Positions 22,262 through 31,499 of a DNA stretch of 64,000 nucleotides are shown piece after piece; positions within the stretch are counted from its first letter, which is position 1; each line of letters opens with the position of its first letter. The position numbers and the translations under genes are program-made. Source of the stretch: a virus (Duplodnaviria; Caudoviricetes). The stretch lies in IMG/VR virus record IMGVR_UViG_3300032330_001398; one strand, given 5' to 3'. The notes under the pieces are model-generated. The model searched no databases, was not told where the DNA came from, and saw only the letters and a program-made list of their open reading frames with translations.

Positions 22262-23913
22262 TTGATTAGCTCCAACCTTTTTTGTTCCCAGTGATTTCTT
22301 CTGTTACATAGATTAACCATATAATTATATGCTATTTCAAAATTGAAAGGATTTCTTGAAAGCTTTCCATCAAAAGCTGCGGCACTTTCGTTGTAATACA
22401 TACCGCCAGTAGTAGCTGTAGAAGTTTGATACATCAAATCTCTTATTAGTCTAGCTTCCATAAATGAGTTTAGTTTTTCTGGTTCGCATAAAACTTCTGA
22501 AATTAACCAACGGGCTAAACTTTCATGAGTTGTATTTTGTGGTATTTCTTCTGGTTTTGGTTGTGGTTGTTTTATTCTAGGTTTTGATTTCCAAGTTAAT
22601 TCTTCTGGTAATATCTCAACGCTATCAAAATAGTCTTCCCAAGCCTTTCCGCTTTTATCCCACTGATAATGTTTTAAGAACGCTTGTCTAGTTTCAAAAC
22701 CGTGCTTTCTTCTGATTGAAGATGGCTGGCTAAAGAACTCTATTAATTTCTGAGCGGCTAGTTCGTTATCTGGAACAGCCCTTAAACATCCCGTTTCTAA
22801 TTCTTTATATAGAGCTTTTGGTTTTAGTGGTATGCCACCAAGATTCCTCACAACACTTTCCATAGCTGAATAGTCTATAGACATTACTGGAACTCCACAC
22901 GCGGCAGCTTCAACTTGTGGTAATCCAAACCCTTCACAATTTGCATATTGAACGTATATATCAAATAGATTGATAATCTTAGATAAATCCTCATAGTCAA
23001 CACCATTCTTAACATTTGATAATGTTGCTCCAAATTTACCAGTAAATGGAGATTGAGCAATAGCCCCTTTGAATAGTGATGGAAATGGTTTTCCGGTTTG
23101 TCCACATATATAGGTGAATAAAACTTTTGAGGATAATTTATACTGTTGTAGTAATTCTGGAATATCCCATCCTAAATCTGGATAGCTTGTATGACAATAC
23201 AACATATACTTTGAATTATCTTTGACACTATCTAAAAGTATTCTAAAGGCTTCAAATAGATCTGGATATAATTTGCGTCTTTGGTTACGCATAACCGTGC
23301 CAATTATTTTATACTCTGGATCGATTCCATAGCTTTCTCTTAACAAGTCCCTATTATCTATTGGTTGATATGCTGGATGAGCAGAGGGTGGAGATATTCC
23401 AAGATAATTGATTTTACCACCAGATTGTTCTTTTAATACCTCTCCAGCCCATTCTGAGTATGTTAAGCAAGCATCTGCTGATTGATATGTTGCAACCCAT
23501 TGTCTAGCTTGAGGTCTTGCATCAACTGTTGGCATAATACACCACTTAAAAAATGGTCTATATGGAGATCGTTCAGCAAAATCAAGCATCCAAAAGTCTC
23601 TGATATCACAAACAATATCTGGTTTAAAATCTAAACATGTTGGTTCAAAAGCATACTCTCCAAATTGAGCTATTGGATTTCCATGATATTGCCTTTTCTC
23701 TTCCTCGCTAGCATTTTTATGAGGTATTGTTCCATAAAACTTCCAAGGAATTTCTGATGCTCTGGGATCATTTTGTTCGCCATATGCTGCTAATTCTGCT
23801 AATTCGTACTTACCAGTACTATGAAGATAATTTAATATCTCCCTAGTATATGTAGCATATCCGGTATTTAAAAATGTAGCCTCACTACAAAATAGAATTC
23901 TCTTTTTTCTCAT
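22258..23913 (-). CDS. Glycosyltransferase family 4 (GT-B), extended
   Basis: MRNQRRK; FDIYVQYANCEGFGLPQVEAAACGVPV. Confidence 0.9.
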   Translation of the reverse strand: MRKKRILFCSEATFLNTGYATYTREILNYLHSTGKYELAELAAYGEQNDPRASEIPWKFYGTIPHKNASEEEKRQYHGNPIAQFGEYAFEPTCLDFKPDIVCDIRDFWMLDFAERSPYRPFFKWCIMPTVDARPQARQWVATYQSADACLTYSEWAGEVLKEQSGGKINYLGISPPSAHPAYQPIDNRDLLRESYGIDPEYKIIGTVMRNQRRKLYPDLFEAFRILLDSVKDNSKYMLYCHTSYPDLGWDIPELLQQYKLSSKVLFTYICGQTGKPFPSLFKGAIAQSPFTGKFGATLSNVKNGVDYEDLSKIINLFDIYVQYANCEGFGLPQVEAAACGVPVMSIDYSAMESVVRNLGGIPLKPKALYKELETGCLRAVPDNELAAQKLIEFFSQPSSIRRKHGFETRQAFLKHYQWDKSGKAWEDYFDSVEILPEELTWKSKPRIKQPQPKPEEIPQNTTHESLARWLISEVLCEPEKLNSFMEARLIRDLMYQTSTATTGGMYYNESAAAFDGKLSRNPFNFEIAYNYMVNLCNRRNHWEQKRLELIK

Positions 23914-24575
23914 TCTAAAAATCCCGTTTCTCTGTTGTAATTTTCATATCTTGAATATGCTATTAATTTACGATCATAAGTGCAAACGTATCTATTACTA
24001 TCTTTATTCAAATACTCTTGACCAAATTGTATTTTTTCGTCACCATTAATGAAAATTCCCTCATGAGGTTCCGAACCTAAATAATCTGTTATGTTATCGT
24101 ACATACATTTTGTTGTATGTCCAATATAAGAAGGGGTTATAACTGGATTTGGTCCATGATAAAACATATCGTCTATACAACTATGAATGATTTTATTCTG
24201 TGGCTCACAAAATAACAGTGCTTGAAAAATATGATTTCTTGGCAACATAGCTGAGATAATACTAAAAAAAGAAACCCTATCTTCTATAATTTCTGATATT
24301 GGAAATTGATGCTCAATATCTATATCGCAATAATATCCACCAAATTTATATAGATAACAATATCTGAAAAAATCACCTTTGTTATATCCTAATTTAATCT
24401 CATTGAAGAAATCAAGATACTTTTTTTCATAATTATCATTGAGGAATACTTTTATATCGTCATCATCATAGAATACAATATCCTTATCTGGATTTAACCT
24501 TGCTATATTATCTATGATATAGTTGGGTATATCACGATTTTTCCAAGTTAAAACAATAGTATTCGGTATACTCAT
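23910..24575 (-). CDS. Glycosyltransferase GT32-like (DxD sugar-binding)
   Basis: IPNTIVLTW; KGDFFRYCYLYKFGGYYCDID. Confidence 0.85.
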   Translation of the reverse strand: MSIPNTIVLTWKNRDIPNYIIDNIARLNPDKDIVFYDDDDIKVFLNDNYEKKYLDFFNEIKLGYNKGDFFRYCYLYKFGGYYCDIDIEHQFPISEIIEDRVSFFSIISAMLPRNHIFQALLFCEPQNKIIHSCIDDMFYHGPNPVITPSYIGHTTKCMYDNITDYLGSEPHEGIFINGDEKIQFGQEYLNKDSNRYVCTYDRKLIAYSRYENYNRETGFLE

Positions 24576-24886
24576 TAGTCTTCAAAGTCTTGATTACAGA
24601 AATCAAACTCGTTGATTCTAAATATAACTCGCTGATCTTCTTTCGAAATATTTTTTGCGGAAGCGTGAACATTAAGTTTTGTTCCTTTTGTGGCATACTT
24701 TTCCAAAGTTTCAGCACCGGTATGCCAAGCTTCACACCAAACATATGTTGGTATTCTATTTTTCTCTCCGCTTTTGGTTTTTCTATAAGTATAGACAACC
24801 AGTTCAAACTCTGCAAGAGTAACCCCATCAACATCTGATATGGTGGGGTTCTCAGTTAAATATCCGGTAAAGCAACATATATTCAT
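24575..24886 (-). CDS. ssb: Single-stranded DNA-binding protein (short)
   Basis: MNICCFTGYLTENP..CEAW..AETLEKYATKG OB-fold SSB pattern. Confidence 0.8.
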   Translation of the reverse strand: MNICCFTGYLTENPTISDVDGVTLAEFELVVYTYRKTKSGEKNRIPTYVWCEAWHTGAETLEKYATKGTKLNVHASAKNISKEDQRVIFRINEFDFCNQDFED

Positions 24887-24937
24887 CTATTTATCTCCTA
24901 TCTTTGTATATTAGCAGGTACAGCTTAAAAAAACACA

Positions 24938-26497
24938 TCAAATCTCATGAATTTGGTTGATTATGAAAGACGAATCATGGTCAGCAACGCTACCGCAAAA
25001 GATTAGATTATTCCCCTCGTATAGTACGTATTTGTATTTTTCTTTGACTTTTGGGAATACTATAACACTATCAAGTATACATGAGTCATCTTCTATTGTT
25101 AAAAATGACATCATTTGCCCCTTTGATTCACCCTTAGTTATTTTATAGTCAGAAACTCTTTGAACATTAGCAACTACGCACAAATCTTTACCCTTCTTAC
25201 CATTAACAATATCTTTACATGTTGTGTTAGCCGCAGAGGTATCCGATGTTTCAATCTTTGTCATTGTTACTGGACAACCCAAGAATTTAACTTCTTGATC
25301 TATTAACCAACTTGGTTCATCCTCCAAGTCATATGGAGGATTTACCAAAAGCTGTATCTCATTCTCTATAAATTGTTTTCTATCAGCTTTGCTTGTTCCA
25401 CCACCCTCTTTTTTAGTTGGAGCTAAGTCTTTCAAGCAATCGATAAATGTTTTCCATTTTTTAGATGGATACTGATTTAATATCCACGTTTTCTCAGCCT
25501 GTGTCAGATTTTTAAATATGTCATAATCATATAGCGCTTTATTCCTGCTAATTTTTTCTGAAAAATCACGATAGAATCCTATAGACGCTAACGCTTTAAA
25601 TGATGTTGAACTAACGTTAGAACTAAAGTATATCAATAGTTCAACCCATGAGAATTTGGTTATTTTCTTATTAGCAATTTTTTCAGCCTCACTAATAGCT
25701 TCTATTAACTTGTCGCCCGTTTTACCAGTTAATGATTTGATATCTTTAATTCCAAAGTATATCTTGCCATTCTTAAAATTGAACTTTGTGTCAAAGTTTG
25801 CAAGACTTGGAGTTCTTACTTGTATATCAAATAACTTCGCTTCCGAAATAAGCTCATAAACCTCTTGATGAGGGTCTTGTTTTTCATTAGCGTAATATAG
25901 GTATGATAAGAAGAATTCTGGAGTATTGTGAGCTTTATAATACGCACTCCAGTACGAACATACAGCATAAGATATGCTATGAGACTTATTAAAAGCATAT
26001 CTAGCGGACTTCTCAATCCATCCGAAAATTTGTTCTGCTTCTTCTTTTGTTACCATACCAACTCGCTGTGATCCCTCAATGAATGATTTCTTAACTTCGT
26101 TCATGAGATCAGCCTTTTTCTTTCCGATGGCCTTACGAAGAACGTCAGCCTCTTGTAGATTGAAACCGGCGACCTTCTGGGCTATACGCATAGACTGCTC
26201 TTGATAAACTAGAACTCCATACGTTGGCTTTAAGATTTCTTCTAGAGATTCATGTAGGTACGTAACCTCTTCCCTGCCGTGTTTTCTATCCACGTAATGC
26301 TGAGTCATAGACTTTCCATCAACGAAAGCTTTTAATGTTCCCGGCCTAATAATAGCAATAAGAGCAGACAGTTCTTCAATGTTGGTAGGAGCAACTTTCT
26401 TAGCCCAAGCTTTACCAAGATTACTTTCTAGCTGAAAAACACCTTTGGTCTTGCCTTCTGCAAATAATTGCCAAGTTTTTTTATCATTGTAGTCCAT
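24938..26497 (-). CDS. dnaE: DNA polymerase III alpha, C-terminal half (fingers, HhH, OB)
   Basis: GVFQLES, IRPG, TYGVLVYQEQ, LRKAIGKK, YAFNKSHS, and OB-fold MSFLTIED. Confidence 0.92.
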   Translation of the reverse strand: MDYNDKKTWQLFAEGKTKGVFQLESNLGKAWAKKVAPTNIEELSALIAIIRPGTLKAFVDGKSMTQHYVDRKHGREEVTYLHESLEEILKPTYGVLVYQEQSMRIAQKVAGFNLQEADVLRKAIGKKKADLMNEVKKSFIEGSQRVGMVTKEEAEQIFGWIEKSARYAFNKSHSISYAVCSYWSAYYKAHNTPEFFLSYLYYANEKQDPHQEVYELISEAKLFDIQVRTPSLANFDTKFNFKNGKIYFGIKDIKSLTGKTGDKLIEAISEAEKIANKKITKFSWVELLIYFSSNVSSTSFKALASIGFYRDFSEKISRNKALYDYDIFKNLTQAEKTWILNQYPSKKWKTFIDCLKDLAPTKKEGGGTSKADRKQFIENEIQLLVNPPYDLEDEPSWLIDQEVKFLGCPVTMTKIETSDTSAANTTCKDIVNGKKGKDLCVVANVQRVSDYKITKGESKGQMMSFLTIEDDSCILDSVIVFPKVKEKYKYVLYEGNNLIFCGSVADHDSSFIINQIHEI

Positions 26498-26855
26498 TTA
26501 AATAATCCAATGCTCTGTGTAATAATATTGTACTATCATTTAGATGACCTAAAGCTCTATTACATTTATGACATAGCCATCCTCTAAATTTTTTAGTGGT
26601 ATGGCAATGATCTACTACCCAAGGTCCAGAAGATTTACCACCTTCTCCATTACATTCTTGTCCAGATCTTTGACATATTGGGCAATTATATGTTAAGTCT
26701 GGTTCTTTGTGTTCTTTTCTTAAGTTTTTACGCAACTTACTCATAGCATTATTACAATTTTTACATTCAGATCTTGGATATGGTCTTCCACTATGTCTAC
26801 TGAATTTATCTAGTGGCAATGATTGTTTGCATTTACTGCATATTTTATTTAACAT
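26484..26855 (-). CDS. Endonuclease VII-family (HNH-like) putative homing endonuclease
   Basis: CSKC/CKNC Zn motifs; CPIC..VVDHCHTTKKFRGWLCHKCNRALG. Confidence 0.85.
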   Translation of the reverse strand: MLNKICSKCKQSLPLDKFSRHSGRPYPRSECKNCNNAMSKLRKNLRKEHKEPDLTYNCPICQRSGQECNGEGGKSSGPWVVDHCHTTKKFRGWLCHKCNRALGHLNDSTILLHRALDYLNGLQ

Positions 26856-27525
26856 ATAGACCACCATTCGCAAATGCTTTATCAAAAGTTATGTTCTGAT
26901 AGACTGATCGATGTGTTTTCATTAGCTTGATAAAGATGTTGGCCTCGTCCTTAACGTCTTGTAGAGCGTCGTGAGCATTTTCTTTGCTAAGACCCATTCT
27001 TTCTCGTAGAGAATCCATGCTAATTGACTTTACTGATGGATCACTTTCTGTCCAAACAAAAACATTATCCATAATATCAACCTTGTAAACTTTACTAAAT
27101 AGTTTCTGCTGCTCTCTTTCCTTATCCCAAGGACCATACTCTTTACAGAGTCTATTGATAATATGCATATCAAATCCAAGAATATTAAAACCAACAGGAA
27201 TAGGAGCAAAAAATGGATCGCCCTTCCAATTATATTGATCAACAAACTTGACAAATTTTGACCATACAGACTTAATAGACGGTGCTTCTGCTAAAGCTTC
27301 TCTAGTTTTACCAGTAATTTTTAAAGCCTCATCTTGAAGAGGATCTAAACCAAGAGATAAAGCTTCTTGATCATCAAGTATGGGTTTAATTTCACTATTA
27401 AATTGCCCTTTCATTGATAAGTTTCTACCATCAAGAGCTATTGCAGCAATCTGTGTTGGTTGGGTTTTGTGTGGATTTCTTGAACCTGTTTCAAAATCAA
27501 ATATAATATAATCTCTATTAGCCAT
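26845..27525 (-). CDS. dnaQ: DEDDh 3'-5' exonuclease (DnaQ/epsilon-like)
   Basis: DFET (ExoI), GFNILGFD (ExoII), HDALQD (ExoIII). Confidence 0.85.
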   Translation of the reverse strand: MANRDYIIFDFETGSRNPHKTQPTQIAAIALDGRNLSMKGQFNSEIKPILDDQEALSLGLDPLQDEALKITGKTREALAEAPSIKSVWSKFVKFVDQYNWKGDPFFAPIPVGFNILGFDMHIINRLCKEYGPWDKEREQQKLFSKVYKVDIMDNVFVWTESDPSVKSISMDSLRERMGLSKENAHDALQDVKDEANIFIKLMKTHRSVYQNITFDKAFANGGLYVK

Positions 27526-29146
27526 TTTTTACTCCGGTTAGGTCTTGTATCATCATAATTTTGTCTAGTAAATTAATTCCTAGAACGTCAAACTTGACAT
27601 GACCAAGAGCTTCTAGGTCTGTCATCTCCAACCCTGCAATTTTCTCAGACGAATCACGCTGTTTAACCATTGGACAAACAGTATTTAACTTTTTAGCCGA
27701 TATAACAACACCAGCGGCATGTTTACCTTGTGTTTTAAATGTTCCTTCAATTTTGATGGCTTGATCAAAATATTCTGCATAGTTTCCTTCTAATTTACCA
27801 TCATCATTTATATAGCAAAAATCTCTCAATTCATTAGCATTATTTATCAATGCCCAACGTATGATTGATCTATGTTCATCATCCATATCCGCAAGCTGAT
27901 CTGAAATTTCAGCTTCGTTAGGAATACTCTTTGTTATAGCATTCATTTCACCAAAAGAACATGCCTCATTGATACGCAATACTTCTTTAATAGCACTTCT
28001 TCCCTGTAGTCTACCAAATGTGATCATTTGACTAACGTGGTCGCTACCATATTTCTTCTTAAGATATGAAATAACTTCATCACGTTTTTTGCCGGGAACG
28101 TCCATATCAATATCTGGCAGTGAGATATGGTCTTCACTATTTCGTCCAGCATTATAAAATCTAGCAAACAATAGGTCAAATTCTATTGGATCAATCTTTG
28201 TTATTCCAATAAGATATGATATTAAACAACCGGCGGCAGAACCTCTACCGGGACCACAAAGCCAGCCCTGACTTTCACAGTAATGAATAATATCCCGAAC
28301 TATTAGAAAATAACCGAATAGATTGGCACCCTTAATTACATCAAACTCCTCTTTAAATCTATCTAGATATTTCTGTTTATCTTCTGGCTTAGAAACCTTA
28401 TCATTATCTATTAATAGACTTTTCCAACCGATGCGGCATAGTTCTTTTAAGTAGTCTTCTTCTGTTTGATCATTTGGACATGAGAACTTTGGCAAGTTGG
28501 GCTTACTAAGAATATCATAATCTTCGCACTGATTATAAATATCTTCCAGCTTATCTGTTTCTAATTCTTTTGATTCATCCTTATCAAGAACATAGAATGT
28601 GTCAGACATGAAGTAATTTAATTTATCCATATGGCTGTTCATATCTGAACCAACATTTACATTCCCGCTCTTATCCTTTCTGATAGCTTTGTTAACTCTT
28701 GGTAGAGTTGTTTTCATATCAGAGCATAGCAATATTCTATGCAATTTAGCATCTTCCCTATTGGTATAGTAGCTTATGGGAATAGACTTGCTTGGAGAAT
28801 TAGAAAGTTTTATCAAGTTATTCTTATTGAATATTTTGTTAAATATCGCTTCTGACAAATCGCCATTTTCGTCAATAGATGATACCAACTCTATTAGGTC
28901 GTGCCACCCATCTTTATTCTTAGCAAATACCTTAAACTTATCAAAAGAGCATCCTATTATTGGCTTAATGCCATTACTTTTACAAGCCTTATAAAAAGAT
29001 ATTGCGCCAGATATAGTCTTATGGTCGCAAATACCGCAAGCTATATAGCCATTAGCTTTACACTTTTCTGCCAATTCTTCTGGCTTTGAAAAGCCTTTAA
29101 GTAAACTATAATGGGTATAGTTATTCAATGGAAACCAAGATGACAT
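27518..29146 (-). CDS. dnaE: DNA polymerase III alpha, N-terminal half (shortened PHP plus palm)
   Basis: HYSLLKG, GPGRGSAAG, PDIDMD, HAAGVVI, KFDVLG; AAGGA RBS before the ATG at 29146. Confidence 0.92.
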   Translation of the reverse strand: MSSWFPLNNYTHYSLLKGFSKPEELAEKCKANGYIACGICDHKTISGAISFYKACKSNGIKPIIGCSFDKFKVFAKNKDGWHDLIELVSSIDENGDLSEAIFNKIFNKNNLIKLSNSPSKSIPISYYTNREDAKLHRILLCSDMKTTLPRVNKAIRKDKSGNVNVGSDMNSHMDKLNYFMSDTFYVLDKDESKELETDKLEDIYNQCEDYDILSKPNLPKFSCPNDQTEEDYLKELCRIGWKSLLIDNDKVSKPEDKQKYLDRFKEEFDVIKGANLFGYFLIVRDIIHYCESQGWLCGPGRGSAAGCLISYLIGITKIDPIEFDLLFARFYNAGRNSEDHISLPDIDMDVPGKKRDEVISYLKKKYGSDHVSQMITFGRLQGRSAIKEVLRINEACSFGEMNAITKSIPNEAEISDQLADMDDEHRSIIRWALINNANELRDFCYINDDGKLEGNYAEYFDQAIKIEGTFKTQGKHAAGVVISAKKLNTVCPMVKQRDSSEKIAGLEMTDLEALGHVKFDVLGINLLDKIMMIQDLTGVKNG

Positions 29147-29185
29147 ATTATTCCTTATCTTCAATGTGTATGCTTACGCTATCAA

Positions 29186-29197
29186 TCTATTATACCG
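29186..29197 (-). promoter_or_regulatory. Putative promoter -10 element (CGGTATAATAGA)
   Basis: Intergenic TATAAT upstream of dnaE-N; matches CGCTATAATAGA at 60938-60949. Confidence 0.5.
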
Positions 29198-29214
29198 TCA
29201 ACTCAACAACTTTA

Positions 29215-29736
29215 CTATACCTGTAGGGTCAAGAAGTTGTCGATACCCATCTGTGAAATTAGCTTTAGAAAACCTTCGTAAAGCTCAATACCATCCTCAC
29301 TCCCTTGTAAAAGTTCTATCATCATATTAGCTGTAATCTCATCTCCAACAGCCCTAGCTGCAAATATTGTAGCTCTTTCTGTTGCAGATGCTTCTCTAAC
29401 CGAATTAAGATTATATTCGATCATTGCTACCATGTCATGACGCTTCCAAGTTGGAGGATTAACCATTAATGGTTGATAGTCAACATCAAAAAACTCTAGT
29501 CTTTTAATATTGATAGCAGCATGTGTTTGCTCTTGAATAGCATCCTCTTTAATAATTGCTGCTAATTTCTTATATCCCCATCTTTCTAAGTGTTCAGCTT
29601 GTGCTGTTAATGATGTTGTTTGTTGCCAATGTATATTAAGCGACTTTTTAAGCAATTCCATTACGGTTTGATTAGAGTATCCCTCAACATTTTGAGCTTC
29701 TGCTTGTAGTAATTCTTCCATAGATTTTGCTGACAT
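29215..29736 (-). CDS. bfr: Bacterioferritin-like protein with degenerate ferroxidase centre
   Basis: RWGYKKL, EQTHA, MMIELL and LISQMGIDNFL align with Bfr along its whole length. Confidence 0.75.
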   Translation of the reverse strand: MSAKSMEELLQAEAQNVEGYSNQTVMELLKKSLNIHWQQTTSLTAQAEHLERWGYKKLAAIIKEDAIQEQTHAAINIKRLEFFDVDYQPLMVNPPTWKRHDMVAMIEYNLNSVREASATERATIFAARAVGDEITANMMIELLQGSEDGIELYEGFLKLISQMGIDNFLTLQV

Positions 29737-29746
29737 AATGTTCTCC

Positions 29747-30625
29747 TTAAGTTAAATCTGATACGTTAGTTTTTGACCACATTTTACAAGACCAATAATT
29801 TGCTTTCCACTTAGGGCCGGGAGTTTCACAATTATGCCTTGCTCTATAACTCTTTCTTCTGTTTGGATCATCTCGCTTAATTTCCATATTGGGATCACCA
29901 AAGTTTACCTTGACAACATTACCCTTATCGTTCTTAACATATACTGAAAATTTCTTTGGACCGCTTGGTGTTCGAAATGGTTTATTAAGTTTTACTTTTG
30001 GATTTTCAGCAGCGTCTGCATTTTCTGTTTCATTATTATAAAGCATATAATCATATGCTGTTTCCATATGAGTTTCAGCTTTTGAAACACTATCTTGTAC
30101 CCAAGGTGGAATTTCTGCAACACCCATAGTATTTAATAAATCAAGTATTTGTCCACACTGATTCATAATTTTAGTAACTTGCGATTTAAGCATATTAACT
30201 TCTTCTTCTGGACTATCTCCAGATTGAGCTTTCTTAAAAGCATCCTTTGATGGTCGATCTGGATCTCCCGGCTTTGCTGGTCTATACTTTTTACCTTCGC
30301 GTTCCTTTTTCTTGCGAATGTTATCCCATAAACCCGGTTTTTCTCCAGCGATATTCCATTCCTCAACTTCCTCATCAAAATCTTCATATTCTGCTTCCGA
30401 TGGGATATATAGATTTTCTTCATTAATTTCTTCTTCGTACCCAATAGCAAAACTCATTCTAAAATCAGCACCTTCAACGCAGTCGCAGTCTGCTGTTGCT
30501 TGGTCTAAACAAATAGCAACTCTCTGGTTGTTATCTGGATAATCTTTTTTCATAACTTTGTCGCCCATACATCTAGCAACAAATTTTGTTTTATCTTCAT
30601 CTTTTCTCTTATGTGGAATGGGCAT
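29747..30625 (-). CDS. Modular phage hypothetical protein (probable internal virion protein)
   Basis: String of short modules common in aquatic phages, e.g. GLWDNIRKK and KKFSVYVKN..VNFGD..RARHNC..YWSCKMW. Confidence 0.55.
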   Translation of the reverse strand: MPIPHKRKDEDKTKFVARCMGDKVMKKDYPDNNQRVAICLDQATADCDCVEGADFRMSFAIGYEEEINEENLYIPSEAEYEDFDEEVEEWNIAGEKPGLWDNIRKKKEREGKKYRPAKPGDPDRPSKDAFKKAQSGDSPEEEVNMLKSQVTKIMNQCGQILDLLNTMGVAEIPPWVQDSVSKAETHMETAYDYMLYNNETENADAAENPKVKLNKPFRTPSGPKKFSVYVKNDKGNVVKVNFGDPNMEIKRDDPNRRKSYRARHNCETPGPKWKANYWSCKMWSKTNVSDLT

Positions 30626-30627
30626 AA

Positions 30628-31491
30628 TTAAGTCTCCAGAATTAAATTCTTAGCTTGATCTAAAATGTAATCTATACTTCCCGGCGGGATTTTATTTTTG
30701 AAATGTTCATATGCTGATGTTATCATTTCATGATTTGGGTCTTTGGTTATTTCTAACCATCCAACAAAATAGTTCCATATTCTATCTTCTAATATTAATG
30801 GATATTTAACACCGTTTGGGCGATTAAATCTATGTAACCATTTTAATTGTGGTATACAGATTGCTTTACCGCCATTACGTCTAAATTTCTCATGTATATA
30901 TCCTTCTTCTCCACCAAATCCTTTGAAATGGGGATTAAATCCCTGCCAATTTTTTGTTTCGCATGAAAATAATCCTAATCCCATCATTGGTATTTCAAAT
31001 GGTAGTCCAGCTTCATAAGCTTCTTTATTTGAATTCCATATCCCATACATATCTCCTCGCCATTCTGGAGAAAATTCTGTAGAGTAATTCAATAAATCAT
31101 CATAAATAAGCGGACCTTGAACAATGTCTTTACAATCTTCATTATTCTCGTAGTATTCTAGTAATTTTTCTAAACCACCATTTTCTATGAATACGTGGCA
31201 GTCCATTGAAATAGTATATTTACCAGAAGAGTTTGTAAAAATCTCATTTCTTACAGCAGTACTAGTTCTATTTTTAAATGGAATATATTTTCCTTTTCCA
31301 GAAGTCCATCCTTGAATTAGACTTCTAACCGATTCTCCGTGTGGACCATCTGGATTATTGTCTATCACCAATAGTTCATAATCAATATTCTTCAACACTG
31401 GTTGATACATTCTCAAAGCTTGTATGCTAAAATAGACTCCATCAAAGTCATCATACGTTGCCATGCCAATTGTCAATAATTTATCCATCAT
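30628..31491 (-). CDS. Glycosyltransferase family 2
   Basis: LTIGMATYDD; LVIDN; MDCH (DxH); FKGFGGEE. Confidence 0.85.
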   Translation of the reverse strand: MMDKLLTIGMATYDDFDGVYFSIQALRMYQPVLKNIDYELLVIDNNPDGPHGESVRSLIQGWTSGKGKYIPFKNRTSTAVRNEIFTNSSGKYTISMDCHVFIENGGLEKLLEYYENNEDCKDIVQGPLIYDDLLNYSTEFSPEWRGDMYGIWNSNKEAYEAGLPFEIPMMGLGLFSCETKNWQGFNPHFKGFGGEEGYIHEKFRRNGGKAICIPQLKWLHRFNRPNGVKYPLILEDRIWNYFVGWLEITKDPNHEMITSAYEHFKNKIPPGSIDYILDQAKNLILET

Positions 31492-31499
31492 GTTTCCTT

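Noticed and set aside
16200-24575. Host-derived O-antigen/capsule island or a bacterial chromosomal origin for the window
   Set aside because: No wzx/wzy/ABC exporter or sugar-synthesis genes. The cluster shares the CCWGG-avoiding codon pattern and is embedded among phage genes.
26484-27525. Split intein or group I intron explaining the dnaE break
   Set aside because: No Cys/Ser-initiated N-intein after DnaE-N and no HN-C/S/T before DnaE-C. The intervening DNA is fully occupied by overlapping ORFs, leaving no room for a ribozyme core.
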